NCBI RefSeq assembly: GCF_018977255.1
Contig: NW_024704742.1
Span: 38,564,001-38,628,000, forward strand
From: Callorhinchus milii
Lineage: Eukaryota
Reading direction: 5' to 3'
DNA length: 64,000 nucleotides
The notes beneath the pieces were generated by a model. That model was given only the letters and a program-made list of their open reading frames with translations, had not been told where the DNA came from and did not search any database. This document shows positions 59,101 through 64,000 of the stretch, one piece after another. A program made the translations under genes and the position numbers. How positions within the stretch are numbered: the stretch's first letter is position 1; each line of letters begins with the position of its first letter.

Positions 59101-59544
59101 CCTCATAGCAGATGTGCCTCCTGTTGGCCAGTCAAGGAGTGGCGTTGACGGTCGTGGAGAAGTCTGCGGCCTGGACTGCCCTGTCCTCCCTGCTCAAGGA
59201 GGATGTTTGGGGGTGAGTGGCCAGGTGGGTAAAATTATGGAGGTGAAAGACTAGGTTAAGCCATAGTTCAAAGTGGGCTCTTTACCCATTTTTTTTTAGT
59301 TCTGCAGCTTGCTGAGAATCAGTTTGGTTGGTACTAGCAGTTTTTTTTCTTAAGTTATTAATAAGTGAGGCCAAAGATATCATTCAAATTTGTAAATTGG
59401 CCACCTTATTAATGTGCATAACAATTCTGCAATTAAAATTTAACAAAAAAAATCCATCCATCCCCTTTGACAGGTCAGCAGAGCAGCTATGGAAAGGCAT
59501 CTAGAGGTGCAGGCAGTCACCAGAATAACTACCAGCCATACTAA
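43729..59544 (+). CDS. HNRNPDL: Heterogeneous nuclear ribonucleoprotein D-like, 309 aa
   Basis: Exons 43729-43853, 44964-45132 ([23 protein letters not shown]), 46810-46971 (VFVGGL), 49285-49416 (RGFCFITF), 54710-54812, 56681-56848 (Y/G/N-rich) and 59474-59544 (YGKASRG...HQNNYQPY stop). 930 nt. Head-to-head with ENOPH1, as in mammals. Confidence 0.93.
53310..53870 (-). mobile_element. L2-type LINE 3' fragment in HNRNPDL intron 4
   Basis: (CAA)n tail, [14 protein letters not shown] remnant, homology to 5110-5760. Confidence 0.7.
57400..57845. repeat. 24-bp minisatellite ACAGCGAGCGACACGCAGGCACAG within a CA/GA low-complexity region (57305-58220)
   Basis: About 18 head-to-tail units varying by AC dinucleotides, with no spacers. 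Confidence 0.92.
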
Positions 59545-59893
59545 AGAAAAACTGATATAGTTATTTCACTGCAGGTATGTAACTCTTGTTACAGCTGATG
59601 AAGAACTTGAATCGATTTGCAAATGTATGTTTAAATATGTAAAATAACAGATTTTGTAATTATCTCGCTCAAAGTACTGTACTTCAGGTACCCTTATTAA
59701 AGAGTTTTCACCTCGAGTGATTGTGACTTTTGTAACAGGAGGTGTTAAAAGGTCTGAGGGATTAACACTTTTTAACAAGTCTGTAAATTTAACAGGTAAA
59801 GTACAGCTAATGGGTACAAATAAAGGACACAGCAAGACGAAAGGAAAAAGTTGTCTTCTAACTCTGACATTATACCTTGTTTGTACCCGCCAG

Positions 59894-59998
59894 CGGGAAC
59901 TTCATTGCAGGACACGTGTCACCCTGACCACACGATTCTCTTGGGGCCGCGCATTGCGGACAGAACGTGAGGTGTGCTCGTGAAAATGCTGCCCTGTG
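59894..59998 (+). other. HNRNPDL: HNRNPDL 3'UTR cassette ('poison') exon
   Basis: TTGTACCCGCCAG|CGGGAACTTCATTGCAGG...AATGCTGCCCTGTG|GTATGG closely resembles mammalian HNRNPDL exon 8 as I recall it. The upstream donor is at 59575, 30 nt after the stop. Confidence 0.8.
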
Positions 59999-60834
59999 GT
60001 ATGGTCTCTTCCAACATCATGTATCAACGTTAAAGATAAACTGGAAAACTTCAGCCTTTGTCTTCAGTCATCTTTGCATTATATAACATTGGATAAACAT
60101 TTCTTACAGGCATTTGTTTTAATGTGTAATGATTTGGTACTGCATAATTAATACAGTATTCTTTATTTGGTAACAGCTTGTATTTCACTTATGGATCTTC
60201 AGTGTGGTTTTTTTATTATTTAAAAGTTAAACATTTTAATGCTTGTGTTTTTTTCTTTATAGCTCAGTAGTGAAACTACAAATGGTAACCAAACAACCTC
60301 AAGCAAGCTGTAGATTATTTTGGTTTGACTGGGTTAATGTGTCAGACTTGCCAAAACTAGGTCTGATGTCACTAGAGCTGATCTGCTGCAGTAAAATGCT
60401 TTCCGGTGCAGCACCTTGAAGTATTGGCCTGTGTATTTTCATTATTACAGTTTTGTGTAAAGCTTGGAAAACTTCTTTCTTGTTCTAAAATGTATTATAC
60501 TCTCTCTTAGGTGGAGAAACGGGGACATATACATCAATTTAGCGGAAGAGCATGTCAAGAGGAAATGTTAAATCTGAAAGCATCTTTGTTTCCCTTTTGG
60601 GACTTTTTTTGTACCACATTAAATCTCAAGTCAACATCGTTCTTGCCCAAACTGTATATAGCATCTAAACATTTTTTATGTTGTAGTTACTTTGCTTTGT
60701 ATAACCTGAGAAACGCATTCCTTTAACTTCTGTGTACTGTGATAGTATATAATACAGTTGCTACTAACTGATGTGATGCAACATTTGTTTGTTGGCGTAC
60801 CCTGTTGTATGTGATGCATTGCATCTGTTGCTGT

Positions 60835-60840
60835 AATAAA
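60835..60840 (+). terminator. HNRNPDL polyadenylation signal
   Basis: AATAAA in the terminal exon (acceptor at 60262), followed by GT-rich TGTGTTGTGT. Confidence 0.7.
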
Positions 60841-61827
60841 GGTTTCAGTATGAATGCTCAAATGTTTAATTGTGTTGTGTCAAGCTTACCGTTAATTACG
60901 GTAACGATTTGTATGGTTGTAGGGTAGGGGGAATCATTGGTTGTGATACATTGAACTACCGTGTTGAACAAAAAAGTTGCCAATTTACTCAGTTGCATAT
61001 AGAAGAACTGTTTTTGGTTGTGAATATAGGTTTAGTTAGTTAAAAAGTTCTGTCTTCTAAAATGAATTACAGGTGATACAAAATGTGGGATATCCCTGCT
61101 CAGATTGCAGTTCATTTTTCACTGTTGTGTGTGTACCATCTTCCAAATGTATAAATCTTGTGGAAGTGCATTAAAGATCTGAATGTTATCGTTAACCGTT
61201 TATTCATGGTGGCGGGGAAGCGTGCAAGGTTTCTGTACTGTTTTTTGGCCCTTGCTTTTACAAACTGGCTGAGTCAAAGTAACTTAATAGTGGGATACAA
61301 GATTTGCCATATTAACCAATAAAACTATCGCAATTATAACCAGATTTTGAACAATGGGAGTTGAGTGATGAATTGATTCTCATTTGCTGAATAATTCCCA
61401 TATAAAAAACTATCAAAAATTTACTTTGATTGACTTCATGCCAGTTAGTAAATTTCACAAAGATTTAACCTAACTATATATCATTGTTAATGGCCGACAA
61501 ACCATCTGAAAAGGCAGCGCAATGGATGCAATGATCTTTAAGTAAGGTAGTTGCAAATTCCATATATGGTGCATTGAACTCTGCTGCACTAAGGTCCACT
61601 TGGACCTGCCTTAAAAGCCTTTAAACTTCTGGCACGTACACAGTATTTGTAGTCTCCCAAGTCCTTTCTGGCACTACGAGTCTTGATTGTTTATTTGGGT
61701 GTTCACAAAATTCTCACTGCTGAGTTGATAAGTTTAGTTCCAGCTCTCATACCTGTGCTGAAATAAATAGTGCTAAATGCTACTCAAAGGGAAGGTCTAT
61801 TTAAATTTCTGATCAATGCTTCATTGT

Positions 61828-62146
61828 GGAGTCCTGTAGCTCAGTGGTTAGAGCACTCGCTTTGCAAGTGAGAGACCTGAGTTCAATTCCAGGCAGAGGG
61901 CGAAACCTTGGGCAAGTTTCCTTACTCCACACAGAGCCTAATAATAATCCCTCCAAAACCAAAAACAATAATAAATTGGTCATTTTCAATCTACGACTGT
62001 TTGTGGGACATTGCTGTGCGCAATTGGCTGCCGCGTTCGCCCACAAATATACAGTCAATTCACTTTACAGTGTGTTCTGTGAAGCGCTTTGGGACGTCCT
62101 CCTGACGTGAAAAGCGCTATATCAAATGCAAGGATTATTATTATTA
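61828..62146 (+). mobile_element. Full-length young tRNA-derived SINE
   Basis: Nearly identical to 3641-3962 and 39759-40073. Confidence 0.9.
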
Positions 62147-63784
62147 CCTGATGAATGATCATTGTCCTGTAGCTCCTCGGAAAATACATTTTGACTGGAT
62201 GTTGGTTGAGGACATTTTTAAACTCTTATCCAGGTTCATTCTTTCCAGATATCATTTTTCTGTTTGCGCCATTCATTCATCCCATCTGCCTTGCGGTTCA
62301 GGTGAATGTTAAGGGTTCTTCTCCCCACCTCCCTTTGCTGGTATTTCGAAGAAGAAGTTAAGTTTTTAATTAATTTAACCAGGGTTATATTCCCTCATTA
62401 AAATTCACTCCATAAATTGGCTTGTTAGTTGAATGTTATTGGATTTGCCTGTATAATAATTGAGATTTTCATTCTGGCAAAGCACTTCAATAAGTATAAC
62501 TTTAAGTTGCCGAAGGACCTGCCTGCAGTTATGCTGTCTGGGCTCATACATATGGAATAACTATCAATATTTAATGATGTTTTACATGTTCAAACCAGGA
62601 AGAGGCAGTATTCTAAATTGACACATGGGACAGGGGTGTAAATCTATTTTGTGGCAAAGATCATTTACAATTGGTACAAAATGAGGCAGCAAATTCAATT
62701 AAGTTTGCTAGATATTGAGAACTCCGAGCAAAAGCTTGAACGGAGAGACTGGTTCAAGCAATCAGATCTACAGCCAATATTAGTCTGGTCCAGTTCATAA
62801 TTGAGGTAAGGAGCCCAAGTCTGGCCTTTTTTGAGTGGAGCTAAAGATTATTGGAAGTGATATTTAGAATATTGCTTCCATCAACAGGGATCACATTTAG
62901 CACAGAGGCCAGGTGGTTCTGAATGCATAACATTATTACTTATAAATTGTTTAGTGTTTTATGCAGTCGGTGATATAAGGGAAGGTAATCTGAATGTTAT
63001 TCGCTCTAATGCCAGCGACAGTCCAGAGTGCAACAAGGCTAATCCCCAGTGTTAGAGGGATAAACTGAATAACAACTAAATATGATAATGCCTCAAAACA
63101 GGAAACCTCTGAGGGGACATTATAGAACTATAACAATCTAAATGACATATAGATAGTATGTCTAGATAATACTTCCAGGTACACCAAAGTAGTAGGATGA
63201 TGGCGCAGGTTCAAAAAAACATTTGTGGGATAGAGCAGGGAGTATTTATATAGGGAGTAACCAACAAACAGAACTAATCAACGAGAAGGATGGCGGAGGC
63301 CAACAACCTGGATTCATTTAAGACAAGCTTAATGCTCACTTTCTCTTGTGAACTAAGTTCCTGGAAAATTATCTCATGGTATTGGAGGGAGGGGAAAGTT
63401 GAGGTTACAGATAAAAGTAATAAAAGCATCTTTAAAGAGGAATAAATACTGTGGGTGAATTAAATATCTACAAGCATTATAAAACGTTTTAAATCATAGT
63501 AATAAATAGCAGCAGAGTGGCTGAATGGCCAACTGGTTCAGAATTCTTTTTGTTCCTAGTTAGCTTCAAGACAATCTAAATTAATAGTTTAGTTCTGAGA
63601 TTAAAACCAAGCAATGAACAATCCTGTAGGAATTCTGTTCATTACTAGGTACCCAGTGGCAAATTAAGCAAGTCAAGGAGAAATTATATAGCATAAATAT
63701 AAGATAGTACGGTTCTGCGTACTAAAATTAAATACTTTTGTTCAATTTACAGATTTGCAAAGTTGATGAACCATGGAAAGTCGA

Positions 63785-64000
63785 ACAACAACTTGTACTT
63801 ATATGGTGCCCTCCATGTAGGGTAGCGTCTCAGAGAACTTAACAATGGCGGAGCCTGACTCCGGGGTGGGGAGGGAGGTGACCATAGGCATAGTAGACAA
63901 GAAAGGTTTTCAGACGGGACTTGAAAAAGGGGAGAGGGGGCAAGGCGGAGGGATTGAGGGAGAGTTGCAGAGTTTCGGGGCGTATTGGCTGTGAGGAGGT
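63785..64000 (-). mobile_element. L2-type 3' end, cut by the window edge
   Basis: (CAA)n tail followed by sequence homologous to 53310-53530. Confidence 0.6.

Noticed and set aside
61828-61900. tRNA genes at the SINE heads
   Set aside because: A and B boxes are present, but there is no proper acceptor stem, and each head continues into the same SINE body and (TTA)n tail. The repeated [13 protein letters not shown] ORFs are also SINE artefacts.

Overview
Vertebrate nuclear DNA with spliceosomal genes, CpG islands, tRNA-derived SINEs, and L2/CR1 LINE fragments. The repeat content suggests a cartilaginous fish, possibly a chimaera (inference only). The right half holds the conserved head-to-head pair ENOPH1 (minus strand, 6 coding exons, 31952-42341) and HNRNPDL (plus strand, 7 coding exons, 43729-59544, plus its 3'UTR poison exon), sharing a CpG island. 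The left ~29.7 kb is a tandem array of a ~12.3-14.3 kb cassette that continues past the window start. Each cassette carries a strongly diverged TMEM150C-like gene (plus strand, 244 aa, last intron U12-type) and a convergent, intronless, intact NDUFS2 retrogene (457 aa) behind a long GA tract. The three NDUFS2 copies encode the same protein. The two complete TMEM150C-like copies differ by 16 nonsynonymous and 3 synonymous changes, while the introns I compared differ by under ~1%. The array edge is ~9-10% diverged. Together this looks like a concertedly evolving array with diversifying selection on the membrane protein. All alignments and counts were done by eye.
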